Source of the DNA: Dehalococcoidia bacterium
Lineage (GTDB): Bacteria > Chloroflexota > Dehalococcoidia > Lucifugimonadales > UBA3495
Assembly: GCA_965203005.1 (NCBI GenBank)
Contig: CBDBBS010000002.1
Coordinates: 3,686,761-3,750,760, forward strand
DNA length: 64,000 bases
Reading direction: 5' to 3'
The notes beneath the pieces were generated by a model. It was not told the DNA's origin. It ran no database searches and saw only the letters and a program-made list of their open reading frames with translations. This document shows, in pieces, positions 18,739 through 27,233 of the stretch. The stretch's first letter is position 1; every line of letters begins with the position of its first letter. The position numbers and the translations under genes are program-made.

Positions 18739-18982
18739 TAAGCGTATCGCAACCCGATGCAGATAGAGGTCAACCGCTTTAGGCCGTATCATTTGAGATT
18801 TGTGGCCAAAACGAACCAAGACTCTTTCGAATTACGGAAAAAAGGCACATTGGGCTTCACAAAAAGGGAAACACGGTCTTTGAAGACGATTTCCAAAATG
18901 CCGGAGACGGCCTCCCCTGGCCGCCTGTTTCCTGCGGATCAGGCTTGGGTAATCCTGATTGGACGGTGGTTGCCCGGGGGGC

Positions 18983-19843
18983 CTAGCGCTCCCCTCTCAG
19001 GAATCTCTCGACGTCCCGGACCAGGTCCTCGGGATCGAGAATGGAACTGGCGGCCACGCTCTCGTCGTACTGGCCCTCCAGCTTGGAGACGTATGAACCG
19101 ATCTGTTCGTCGGCCTGCACTGCCTTGGCCACCTCTTCGTCGAACTTTGCGGCTGCGCCGCGCAGTTCCTCCAGGTCGAGGGGCAGGTGAAGCAGACGGG
19201 TCAGCGTCTGCATCAGGGAATAGGCAACCCGGTAGTTGGGGGCGGCCTGCAGGTAGTGGGGCGTATGTCCCCAGATGGAAGAATAACCCAGGCCCTGTCT
19301 GACGCAAGCGTCCATCACCGACGAGCTGATCCCGGTGGGACCCTGGTAGTTGGAGGAGCGGATCTCGCGGCCCTCGAGGAACTCCGACAGGTCGGGCCGG
19401 GTCGCGGTGCCGCTCAGCTTGACCGGGCGCGTATGGGGCACTGCGTCCAACAGTGCGCCCACATGCACGACCGTCTCAACTCCCTGTTCTGCGGCCAACG
19501 TGGCCACACCCTGCGAGTAGGACCGCCAGCGCAGGTTGGGTTCAACCCCGGTGAAAACCATGATGCCATCGCCGGTGTCGGGGTTTTCCAGGTGAAAGAA
19601 CTCGTTGGCAGGCCAGTGGATGTGCCTCTTTCCGTCGCGGGTGCGGGTGGTGGTGGGACGGGTCTGGGTGAAGTCGTAGAACTCTTCCGGGTCAAATTCA
19701 GCAAACTTACTGGCGTTCAACTTGCGCTTCAGGAACTTCATCGCGCTGGTAGCGCCCTCGGCGGCATCCGCCCATCCGCTGAAGGCGATCAGGAGGGTAC
19801 TCAGCTTGCGTTCCGGCTGGTGGTCAACGGAAAGAAAGTCCAT
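18983..19843 (-). CDS. PAC2 (proteasome assembly chaperone 2-like) family protein
   Basis: 286 aa. ...LLIAFSGWADAAEGATSA...VFTGVEPNLRW...HVGALLDAVPHTRP...GPTGISS... is the pattern of bacterial PAC2 proteins. Confidence 0.5.
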   Translation of the reverse strand: MDFLSVDHQPERKLSTLLIAFSGWADAAEGATSAMKFLKRKLNASKFAEFDPEEFYDFTQTRPTTTRTRDGKRHIHWPANEFFHLENPDTGDGIMVFTGVEPNLRWRSYSQGVATLAAEQGVETVVHVGALLDAVPHTRPVKLSGTATRPDLSEFLEGREIRSSNYQGPTGISSSVMDACVRQGLGYSSIWGHTPHYLQAAPNYRVAYSLMQTLTRLLHLPLDLEELRGAAAKFDEEVAKAVQADEQIGSYVSKLEGQYDESVAASSILDPEDLVRDVERFLRGER

Positions 19844-19923
19844 CGTTCTCCCGCGCTGGTCTGGCTGAATGACCGAATTAGTCTAACACAGGCGGGGAGA
19901 TTACGGCGATGAGCGGGCGGCAG

Positions 19924-20187
19924 TCACCGCTCCCAGATGTTCAGGATAGTCATGCTGCCGTCTGTTTCCTCGGTGTACTGTATCCAGAAATCAGCTTCCT
20001 GATGGCCCCAAATGGCAAGCCCTTCCCAGCTTACCATTCCAATATCGAGCCGTCCCATGCGCCTTCTTAATGGGTCAGAGGCCAACTCGACGATAAATGC
20101 ATGGGCCCGTCTTTGGACTTCGGGGCGCATGGCATCGAGTTGCGCTGTCGCATCGGGCGAGACCCTGACCCTGTTAGAGGCTGACAT
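19924..20187 (-). CDS. putative RelE/ParE-family toxin
   Basis: 87 aa from ATG at 20187: MSASNRVRVSPDATAQLDAM...AFIVELASDP...SMTILNIWER. Overlaps the upstream small ORF by 14 nt. A/T-richer islet. Confidence 0.4.
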   Translation of the reverse strand: MSASNRVRVSPDATAQLDAMRPEVQRRAHAFIVELASDPLRRRMGRLDIGMVSWEGLAIWGHQEADFWIQYTEETDGSMTILNIWER

Positions 20188-20389
20188 CCTCGGGCTTGAT
20201 ACCGCGTCTTTCCATAAACTCGGATAGTGACGTCCACTCACCCTTGTCGGGATTGTCGGCCGCCCTGCGGATACTCTCCAGAATCTCCTCCACCTTTTCC
20301 GGGCTGTAATCCTCCCTCATCCGCCGGACACCCTCCGGTTCCTGCCCATCAGGTTGCACTGTATCCGCATCCAAGTTGGGAGTGGTCAT
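20174..20389 (-). CDS. putative antitoxin partner
   Basis: 71 aa from ATG at 20389, preceded by GAGGTG. Acidic small protein with typical antitoxin-first operon geometry. Confidence 0.4.
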   Translation of the reverse strand: MTTPNLDADTVQPDGQEPEGVRRMREDYSPEKVEEILESIRRAADNPDKGEWTSLSEFMERRGIKPEDVSL

Positions 20390-20451
20390 ATATGCACCTC
20401 GCCGGACAAACAGGCTAGCTTTGAGTCTAGCACAACGGCTGCCCCTCAGAT

Positions 20452-21585
20452 TCACATGCCATCGAACCGGTCGAGGCGGAATAACGACAGGTCGTGGGTG
20501 GTTTCGCCGAACATTGCCAGGTCCGCCATTATCTCGCCCACTACGCTGGCGAACTTGAAGCCGTGGCCCGAGAAGCCGGCGGCCAGGGACACCTGCGGGT
20601 GGTCGGGGTGCAGGTCGATGATGAAGTGCCCGTCCGGCGAGTTGGTGAACATGCAGGTCTTGAGCGACAGGGCCGGCCCTGCCGCCGCCGGAAAGTAGCG
20701 TTCGACGAACTGCCGCAGCACGGCCTCATCCTCGTCATAGATGTCCCGGTCAAGCTGGTCGGGGTCTACGGCCTGGGTCCTGTGGTGGGTCCTCCCCACC
20801 TTGAACCCTGGCACGCCAAACACCGGGAAGCCGTAGAAGCGGCCCTCCTCAACGTACAGTCCGAATACCGGGAAGGTGTCAGTCCTGAAATGCTCGGGCC
20901 TCTCCGGCTGGAACCAGCCGAGCACCTGCCGCTCCGCTACGGCGACCTGCGACAGCGCCGGCGCGATCTTGGAGGCCCATGCGCCCGCCGTGATCACCAG
21001 CCTCCCGGCCCGGTAGCTGCCCCGGTTGGTCCTGACGCTGACGCCCTCGCCCGACGGTTCCCAGTCCAGCACGCGTTCTCGCCCATGCACCTCTGCGCCC
21101 GCCTCCAGCGCGGCGTTCACGTGGTCCACGATACACCGCTCCGGCAGCAGAAACCCGCCGTCGGCCTGGTAAACGGCCGCTATGTCGTGGTCCAGATGAT
21201 AGCCGGGGAATCGCCTGCTGGTCTCGGCGCCCGTCAGCACCTCGTAGGGTATGTGGTGCTGCTCACAGGCGGCCACTGCGCCCTGGAAAAACTCGCTCTC
21301 CGCATGCCCGGCGCGTATGGAGCCGGTGGTTACCAGCAGGCGTTCCCTGGCCGCGTTCTCCAGCTGGTGCCAGAGTTCGTAGGCCCGGCGCACCAGGGGA
21401 ACGTAGGACGGGTGTTCCTGGAGCGTGTAGCGGATCATTCGCGAGTAGCCGTGTGAGGAGCCCATCTCATGGGGCACGTCAAACTGCTCAAGGCCCAGTA
21501 CGCGCCAGCCCCGGCGCGCCAGGTGGTAGACCGAGGCGCTTCCCATTCCGCCCACGCCGATGACTATGGCGTCGTATTCGTTCAT
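20452..21585 (-). CDS. FAD-dependent amine oxidase of the monomeric sarcosine oxidase / N-methyltryptophan oxidase family
   Basis: MNEYDAIVIGVGGMGSASVYHLARRG (dinucleotide fold), ...GSSHGYSRMIR..., and C-terminal GFSGHGFKF. Confidence 0.8.
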   Translation of the reverse strand: MNEYDAIVIGVGGMGSASVYHLARRGWRVLGLEQFDVPHEMGSSHGYSRMIRYTLQEHPSYVPLVRRAYELWHQLENAARERLLVTTGSIRAGHAESEFFQGAVAACEQHHIPYEVLTGAETSRRFPGYHLDHDIAAVYQADGGFLLPERCIVDHVNAALEAGAEVHGRERVLDWEPSGEGVSVRTNRGSYRAGRLVITAGAWASKIAPALSQVAVAERQVLGWFQPERPEHFRTDTFPVFGLYVEEGRFYGFPVFGVPGFKVGRTHHRTQAVDPDQLDRDIYDEDEAVLRQFVERYFPAAAGPALSLKTCMFTNSPDGHFIIDLHPDHPQVSLAAGFSGHGFKFASVVGEIMADLAMFGETTHDLSLFRLDRFDGM

Positions 21586-21638
21586 GTCGCTTTCCAGTCA
21601 TTTTCAGAATCATCGTTGCCGGATGGTTAGACCGCAGA

Positions 21639-21664
21639 AGGGGCGCACCGCCGTGCGCCCCTGC
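21639..21664. repeat. repeat family E (GGGGCGCAC...GTGCGCCCC hairpin), single unit
   Basis: AGGGGCGCACCGCCGTGCGCCCCTGC. The same unit occurs as inverted pairs at 34355, 35166 and 54159. Confidence 0.7.
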
Positions 21665-21693
21665 AAGGATGCAATGCCGCCAGGCCGCTTGCC

Positions 21694-22599
21694 CTAACCC
21701 TGGGGAATGGCCGTGCCGGGGGTGGTCATTCGCAGCGAGTAGACCGAGGTGCGGGCGGTGAACAGCATTGTGCGGTTGTCATCGCCTCCCCAGGCGCAGT
21801 TAGCCGGGATTTCGGGCAGCACGATGATGCCCAAGTGGTTGCCTGCCGCGTCGAATACCCAGCAGCCTCTTGGCCCGGTACAGTAAACCCGGCCCTCCAC
21901 GTCCACCTTCATGCCGTCGGGTACGCCATCCTCGGCGGAGTGCATTTCGGCGAAAATCCGGTTGTTGCTAAGGGAGCCTTCAGCGTCCACGTCAAAGGCG
22001 CGGATGAACTGATGCACTCAATGCTCGCCATTGTCCTTTTGGATGACACACCTTTCGTCGCGCCGGGTGATGGCGACGTACAACACGCTCTCGTCGGGCG
22101 AAAAGGCCAGGCCGTTGGGATACTCGGTGTCGCGGGTTGCGACCGTGTGCCTCCCTGTGAGGGATACCCGGTGCACGCCGCTGAAGTCCAGTTCCCGCTC
22201 CTCCTGTGTCAGCCGGCCGTTGGGATCGGTAAAGTACAGCGAACCGTCGGAGCGGCTAACCACGTCATTTGGCCGGTTGATGCGCTTGCCGTCGATATGG
22301 GTCGCTATGGCGCTGTAGGAACCGTCCTCGTTGCGGCGGCCCAGCTGCCGGTTGTCCCCCTCGCAAAGGATCAGGTGTCCCGCCACGTCGAAAGTGAGGC
22401 CGTTGGAACCGCCGCTGTTTTCGCGGAAAACCTCGGTCTGTCCGTCCGGAGTCATTCGATGCACCAGCGACGCCCGGATGTCCACGAAGAGCCAGTAACC
22501 ATCGGGATGCCACAATGGCCCTTCGGTGAATCCGAACCCAGTGGACAGCTGTTGGGCCTCAGCGCCCGATTCAACGATTCCGGGTAGCAGGTCCGCCAT
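21694..22599 (-). pseudogene. SMP-30/gluconolactonase/LRE-family beta-propeller gene interrupted by one in-frame TGA (22018-22020)
   Basis: Track ORFs 22018..22599 and 21694..22017 are contiguous in the same frame. The joined product reads ...NGLAFSPDESVLYVAITRR...GEH*VHQFIRAFDVDAEGSLSNNRIFAE...GMKVDVEGRVY..., a full-length family architecture. Confidence 0.7.
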
Positions 22600-22617
22600 G
22601 ACAGCCTCCTTATAGTG

Positions 22618-22784
22618 TATTTCCCTCTCCCTTGAGGGAGAGGCCCTTCGACAAGCTCAGGAGGGGTGAGGGTGAAATCCCAGCATGAGCAAACTTTCCG
22701 TCCGAGGGAAACGCCCCCACCTCCGACTTGTCGAGAGCCACGACAAAGTCGGGCCTAACCCTCCCCCGGAGGGAGAGGGAAATT
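22618..22784 (+). repeat. composite repeat B1 (family B hairpins plus a family C core)
   Basis: TTTCCCTCTCCCTTGAGGGAGAGG-CCCTTCGACAAGCTCAGGAGGGGTGAGGGTGAAATCC ... AACCCTCCCCCGGAGGGAGAGGGAA. It fills the whole gap between the SMP-30 start and the aminotransferase stop. Confidence 0.85.
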
Positions 22785-23684
22785 CTACAGGTGCGACAGG
22801 TACTGCTCCTCGAAGTCCATTCCGGCAAGATCGGTGAAGCCCTGCATGAGCCGGCGCGTGACCGGGCCGGGAGGGCGTCCGTCGCCGATGGACGTGCCGT
22901 TGACCGCCGACACCGGGCAGATGCACAGGCTGGTCGAGGTCAGGAAAGCCTCGTCGGCGGTGTATGCGTCGTACAGGTCCAGGTCGCACTCGGCGGTCTG
23001 CATGCCCAGGCCATCGGCCAGGTCCAGCACAGTGCGGCGGGTGATGCCCTCCAGCACGTACTGGCCTTTGGGTGTGGCCACCACTCCGTCTTTAACCAGG
23101 AATATGTTGGAGCCGCGTCCCTCGGTCAGATTCCCCGCCTCGTCCAGCAGGACCGCCCATGAACCGGGGTCGGTACCCTGTGCCTCCAGGTCCCCCAGCA
23201 CCAGGTTGAGGTAATTGTGGGTCTTTGCGCGAGGACTCATGAACCGGGGCGGCACCCTGGGGACTGATGGAGTGGTCACGCGCGCGCCGTCGCGGTACAG
23301 CGGCGCCCGGGACGCGAAGGGGATGGCGTGGGTCTCGATGAGTACCGTGGGAACGGATTCAGCTCCCTCGACTCCGCGAGTGATCCGTTGCATCACCCAC
23401 ATGTCCTGGCCGGGGGGCAGCAGCGGGTGGTTGTGTTCCACAACCCGGCGGGACCACATTTCCATTTCAGCCATGTCCATTCCGGGGTCGATGCGAACGT
23501 AGCGCAGGGAGTCGTACAGCCTGCGCACGTGCTCGGTCAGCTTGAAGGGCACGCCGTTGAACGTGCGGGCGGCATCAAATACGGCATCGCCATAGATGAA
23601 TCCCCGGTCGCGTATGGGGATCCCCGCCTGCGACTCCGGTACAAGCTGTCCGTTCAGGAAAGCGATGGGCTCATTCTGTGCCAT
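22785..23684 (-). CDS. class IV (fold type IV) aminotransferase, branched-chain/D-amino-acid type
   Basis: ATG at 23684 follows GGAGG. MAQNEPIAFLNGQLVP...RGFIYGDAVFD...EGRGSNIFLVKDGVVATP. The longer track ORF (to 23990) is translated repeat sequence. Confidence 0.85.
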   Translation of the reverse strand: MAQNEPIAFLNGQLVPESQAGIPIRDRGFIYGDAVFDAARTFNGVPFKLTEHVRRLYDSLRYVRIDPGMDMAEMEMWSRRVVEHNHPLLPPGQDMWVMQRITRGVEGAESVPTVLIETHAIPFASRAPLYRDGARVTTPSVPRVPPRFMSPRAKTHNYLNLVLGDLEAQGTDPGSWAVLLDEAGNLTEGRGSNIFLVKDGVVATPKGQYVLEGITRRTVLDLADGLGMQTAECDLDLYDAYTADEAFLTSTSLCICPVSAVNGTSIGDGRPPGPVTRRLMQGFTDLAGMDFEEQYLSHL

Positions 23685-23810
23685 GGGGCCTCCCCTGTCT
23701 GCTTGGGTCATGGACTGCCACTTCGGGATAGTCCTGAATAGTGCGGGCAAATGATACCAGCATGGCCGCTCCCCTGCCAGCGGGCAGGATTTCGGTACAG
23801 GGTGTTTTAA

Positions 23811-23944
23811 TTCTCCCTCTCCCTTGAGGGAGAGGCCCTTCGACAAGCTAAGAAGGGGTGAGGGGAAATCCAGGCCATCAGCTACTTTGCAAACATAAGA
23901 GGGACGCCCCCACCCTAACCCTCCCCCGGAGGGAGAGGGAACTT
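23811..23944 (+). repeat. composite repeat B2, direct copy of B1
   Basis: TTCTCCCTCTCCCTTGAGGGAGAGGCCCTTCGACAAGCTAAGAAGGGGTGAGGGGAAATCC ... CACCCTAACCCTCCCCCGGAGGGAGAGGGAA. Same orientation as B1. Confidence 0.85.
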
Positions 23945-24028
23945 TCAAAAGCCCGTGGATTTCCCCGGAAAAGACGATGGCCGGAGGCATTGCCTCCGGC
24001 CATCAACTGGTCAGCTTGGAGTGCGGGG

Positions 24029-26143
24029 TTAGTTGACCGAGAAGGGTATCGACTGGGTCTCGATCTCGTCTGCGTCTGTGTCGGGGTTAACCTCGCCGCC
24101 GAGGGCGTCGGTACCGTAGCCGCTGGCCGTTACGTCGATGCTGGTTGCATCGGCTTCGAGCAGGACCACGTTGCCGGCTACGCCGATAACGACCACTCGC
24201 CACTCCCAGGTCTCGCCGGGGTTGAGGATGTCGTCATCGTTGGCATTCTCGCCATGGCTGGCTACGAACTGCGGGGAGTTCCGGTCCAGCCGCATGCCGG
24301 TCAGATCCGGGCCGATTCCCGCAGCGTCGACATCCACATACACGCCGGTCAGGTTAGAGTCGCCGTCATTGGTCTCGGTGATGACCACTGTCTGCACGAC
24401 CAGTTGCACCACGTTAGAGCCGCCGTCAAGGAGCGATACTCCGACGTCTGTGCTGGGTGAGAGGATCCTAACGATGGCAGTTGCAACGCCAGAGGGCTCA
24501 GTGGTGTTGTCCCGAGCCGTACCGATGGCGACCGCCTCGTATCCAGTCTCTTCGGTGAGGCTTGCGGTTGAGCACACTATGATGATCTGTTCGTTGGCAG
24601 AGAGGTCGCCGATTGCACCGAGCGATATTGCATCGTTATTGGGGCCGGTGGTACAAGCGGACAGGTCGAGACCGTCGTCGTTGTTCGGATCCGGGTCGAC
24701 GACCGTCACTCCGGTCAGCTCGGATGCCCCGTTGGTGACCGTAACGGTAATGCTTGCCGTTTCACCGTTGCGAATCGTCTGGTCCTGAGGCGTCAGTTCG
24801 ACGGTCAGGCCGGGACTGATGGCCTCAACGGTGGTGGTGGCCGAGGCGGTGAGCACCACTGTGGTGCCGGGAATCGTTCCCTCGATGGTGGCCTCGATGG
24901 TGTTCACGCCCTCGTTCATCTTGGCCGAGCATCCGTAGCCGTCAGCGCCCAGTTCTGCGGGCTTGGAGGCGGAATCGGCGGCCACGGTCGCAAATTCCCG
25001 GAAACAGTCGCCTGCATCGACTGCCTCGGCGTCTGCCGCAGGCCCCGTCACAGTTACGGATATAGAGACACTCTCTAGGTCGCTTCCGGTGGGAGTGGTG
25101 GCAGTAACGGTGAAGCTGCCTTCCGTAGCAGCCGGATCATCGACGTACCGTACCGGGTCCTGCAGGGCCACGATGTCGATATCAACTTCCACCGTGCCGA
25201 ATAGCACCGTAGTCGTGTCGTCGTTGGCTACCTCGAGTTGTACTGTTTCACCCGCAGTATCCTGGGCAGTGCCGTAGGCGGTTACCTGTGCCCTGAGGAC
25301 GAAGGTGGCCTCCGTGGTGGTGCCGCACTGGTAGGCAGCGGTGGAGGCTCCGACTGCCAGTGGTTCAAAGGCAGAGGAGGCCCTTTCGCAGTCGGTTACC
25401 TGTACTTCCCCGGCCTCCGCGTCTTCCAGTGAGGCCACGGAGATGTTGGAGAGCTCGAAGCCTCCGGTATTGGTGATGACCACGTCGAAGTAAGCCGTCT
25501 GCCCCTGGAGGACCGATTGCGTATCGGGATTGTTCGGGTCCTCAACGCTGGGTGCAATGTCGATGGCCACCGAGGGCGGACGCATGAAAACAGAACTGGT
25601 GGCGTCGGTTCTCACCTGGTTGGTAGTGAAATTTCCGTTGGAGTCGAGGGTATGGCCGCCGCTATACGCCGCAGCCACCTCCAGCTTGACGCTTCCCTGA
25701 TTGTCCGGATCGCCCTGCACGCCGTCATTCTGATTCACGGTGTAGGCAATCTGACCGGAGTTATAGGAGTTTCCTTCCGAGACGATGACGTTGGTTTCAA
25801 CTCCCTCTTCATCAGTCTCGGTGAGGGATATCTCGACCGTACCGTCCGGATAGTCGTCAGTGGCGCCAGGCAAGGTTACTGTCAGTGATCCACCGCCGTA
25901 ATCGCAGAGCTCGGCGTCTTTGAAGAGCCTGACAGAGTAGAAGATCTCGTCACCGTGGTTCACAATGGCAACGGTCTGGCCGTTTGCGTTGGTGGTGGCG
26001 ATGCTGATGCCGACGCCCGGTTCGCAGGTTTCGGGTTCCTGACCGGAGGCGAAGGGGCTGGTGACCGCCAGGACGGCCAAGCCCACTCCGATAACGGCAA
26101 GCAGGACTAGAATTGGGATAACATTGCGTTGAATCAAGCTCAT
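24029..26143 (-). CDS. secreted or membrane-anchored acidic surface protein with repeated DUF11/CARDB-like beta-sandwich modules
   Basis: 704 aa. N-terminal hydrophobic segment VIPILVLLAVIGVGLAVLAV. Thr/Asp/Val-rich. Recurring ...V(V/T)ITNTGGFELSNISV..., ...TVTVTNGASELTGVTVVD... and ...ITETNDGDSNLTGVYVDVD... modules. Confidence 0.7.
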   Translation of the reverse strand: MSLIQRNVIPILVLLAVIGVGLAVLAVTSPFASGQEPETCEPGVGISIATTNANGQTVAIVNHGDEIFYSVRLFKDAELCDYGGGSLTVTLPGATDDYPDGTVEISLTETDEEGVETNVIVSEGNSYNSGQIAYTVNQNDGVQGDPDNQGSVKLEVAAAYSGGHTLDSNGNFTTNQVRTDATSSVFMRPPSVAIDIAPSVEDPNNPDTQSVLQGQTAYFDVVITNTGGFELSNISVASLEDAEAGEVQVTDCERASSAFEPLAVGASTAAYQCGTTTEATFVLRAQVTAYGTAQDTAGETVQLEVANDDTTTVLFGTVEVDIDIVALQDPVRYVDDPAATEGSFTVTATTPTGSDLESVSISVTVTGPAADAEAVDAGDCFREFATVAADSASKPAELGADGYGCSAKMNEGVNTIEATIEGTIPGTTVVLTASATTTVEAISPGLTVELTPQDQTIRNGETASITVTVTNGASELTGVTVVDPDPNNDDGLDLSACTTGPNNDAISLGAIGDLSANEQIIIVCSTASLTEETGYEAVAIGTARDNTTEPSGVATAIVRILSPSTDVGVSLLDGGSNVVQLVVQTVVITETNDGDSNLTGVYVDVDAAGIGPDLTGMRLDRNSPQFVASHGENANDDDILNPGETWEWRVVVIGVAGNVVLLEADATSIDVTASGYGTDALGGEVNPDTDADEIETQSIPFSVN

Positions 26144-26452
26144 CTAATTGGCTCCAAAACCTTGTGAAATCCCGGTACCGGCAAGCTTGCCACCGGCCAG
26201 GGCACACAACTCAAAGTCCGCGAATCCAGCCCAAGCAGGAGCAGTCGCAGCGCGGCCCAGCGCTGCCCCGAAAATCCCGAACCATCATACCGAAGTCGAG
26301 CATGGGAATTCAACCACTTTGAGGCTGTCAAAAATTCCCGTTCTCACTTCCCCCGCTATTGCGGCCGGTATTGGGGGCGATTGGCCCGCAGTAGTCAATC
26401 ATAGAGGATGTTCCGGGTCAACCCCTGGCAAACGCTCCAAGCGACAAAATAC

Positions 26453-26483
26453 AACGGCCGGAGGGGAGGGACCCCCGGCCGTT
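26453..26483 (-). terminator. intrinsic-terminator-like hairpin after the small basic protein gene
   Basis: AACGGCCGG-13 nt-CCGGCCGTT is a 9-bp stem. On the minus strand it is followed by GTATTTTGT. Confidence 0.5.
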
Positions 26484-26647
26484 GATTGGGTTATTGCGCA
26501 CTTGCGATCCAAGCACAGCATCATTTCGCATCGCAGAGATTCACGTCCCATTTGACAGCGAATCTCCCGACACAATAGACGCCCCACTGTCCTCAGACAG
26601 TGTCAGATCTGCATTCAGCGCGTAAGCAACAAGAGAGGAGACGCCGC

Positions 26648-26884
26648 TTACGACAGGGCCTTCGCCAGTTCCTCTGCCTCGGCCTTGCTCAGAATCCGGA
26701 AGACGGAGAGGCTGGGATCTTCCTTGGCCACTCCCTTTGCTGCGGGGCGGCCATTCTTCATGGTTACCAGCTCTATCTGGTCCATCTCCACTTTCTTGCG
26801 CAATTTCGTGCAGTACGCCGTCAGAACGGGCATCTGGGCCTCCTCCACGTCTGCTTTCTTGGCTCGTGACTTTCGCGGAGGCAT
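26648..26884 (-). CDS. small basic protein resembling DUF5679 but lacking the zinc-ribbon cysteines
   Basis: 78 aa: MPPRKSRAKKAD...AYCTKLRKKVEMDQIELVTMKNGRPAAKGVAKED...VFRIL. The core YC.K.R.K.EM...VTMKNGRPA.KG matches my memory of DUF5679. SD is GAGGTGAGG. Confidence 0.5.
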   Translation of the reverse strand: MPPRKSRAKKADVEEAQMPVLTAYCTKLRKKVEMDQIELVTMKNGRPAAKGVAKEDPSLSVFRILSKAEAEELAKALS

Positions 26885-26943
26885 ATCCTCACCTCATGTT
26901 TCCCAATGTATACAGGTTAGAGGGCCAACCGTAATGTCAAAAT

Positions 26944-26972
26944 ATTGTAGGAACGAGATGGCAGCCTGTCAA
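26944..26972 (-). promoter_or_regulatory. near-consensus promoter for the small basic protein gene
   Basis: The minus strand reads TTGACA-N17-TACAAT (plus-strand TGTCAA 26967-26972, ATTGTA 26944-26949), about 60 nt upstream of the ATG at 26884. Confidence 0.55.
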
Positions 26973-27233
26973 TATAAAGTAGAATCAAATTTTAGTCAAC
27001 GATGAGAACTTTGTTTTTCACGTTCCGCTGATGGCGCTATTGTCAGCGCGTTACCAGCCATGCCAGCCACTCGGCACGCTCCTAGCGCCTGGCCGGCAGC
27101 GCTCCTGTCCGAGGAAGCAACCGCAGCGCTCTTTCAGGGCCAGCATTTGGTCAGGCCTGCCGCCGGGTTGTTCCCCGGCCTGCGTGATAGAATATCCCGC
27201 AAGGTCACAGCGCTCCGGGGGCTTTGTTCGGTA

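Noticed and set aside
22618-23944. Possibility that the recurring short repeats form a CRISPR array
   Set aside because: The copies are palindromic, of several unrelated families, irregularly spaced by whole genes and not separated by uniform spacers. No cas genes are present.
23685-23990. N-terminal 102 codons of the 401-aa aminotransferase track ORF
   Set aside because: It translates repeat B2 (PSPSGGGLGW, LSLSKGLSLKGEG). The ATG at 23684 has a GGAGG SD and matches the family N-terminus.
27031-27233. Possible cobalamin riboswitch ahead of the CobC-like/PduX-like genes
   Set aside because: Only weak resemblance to the 3' B12-box region (GCCACTCGG, GTCAGGCCTGCCG). The conserved 5' elements (GGGAA, GGTGAAA-TCC, CCCGC-ACTGT) are absent. 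It is kept only as a leader worth a covariance-model scan.
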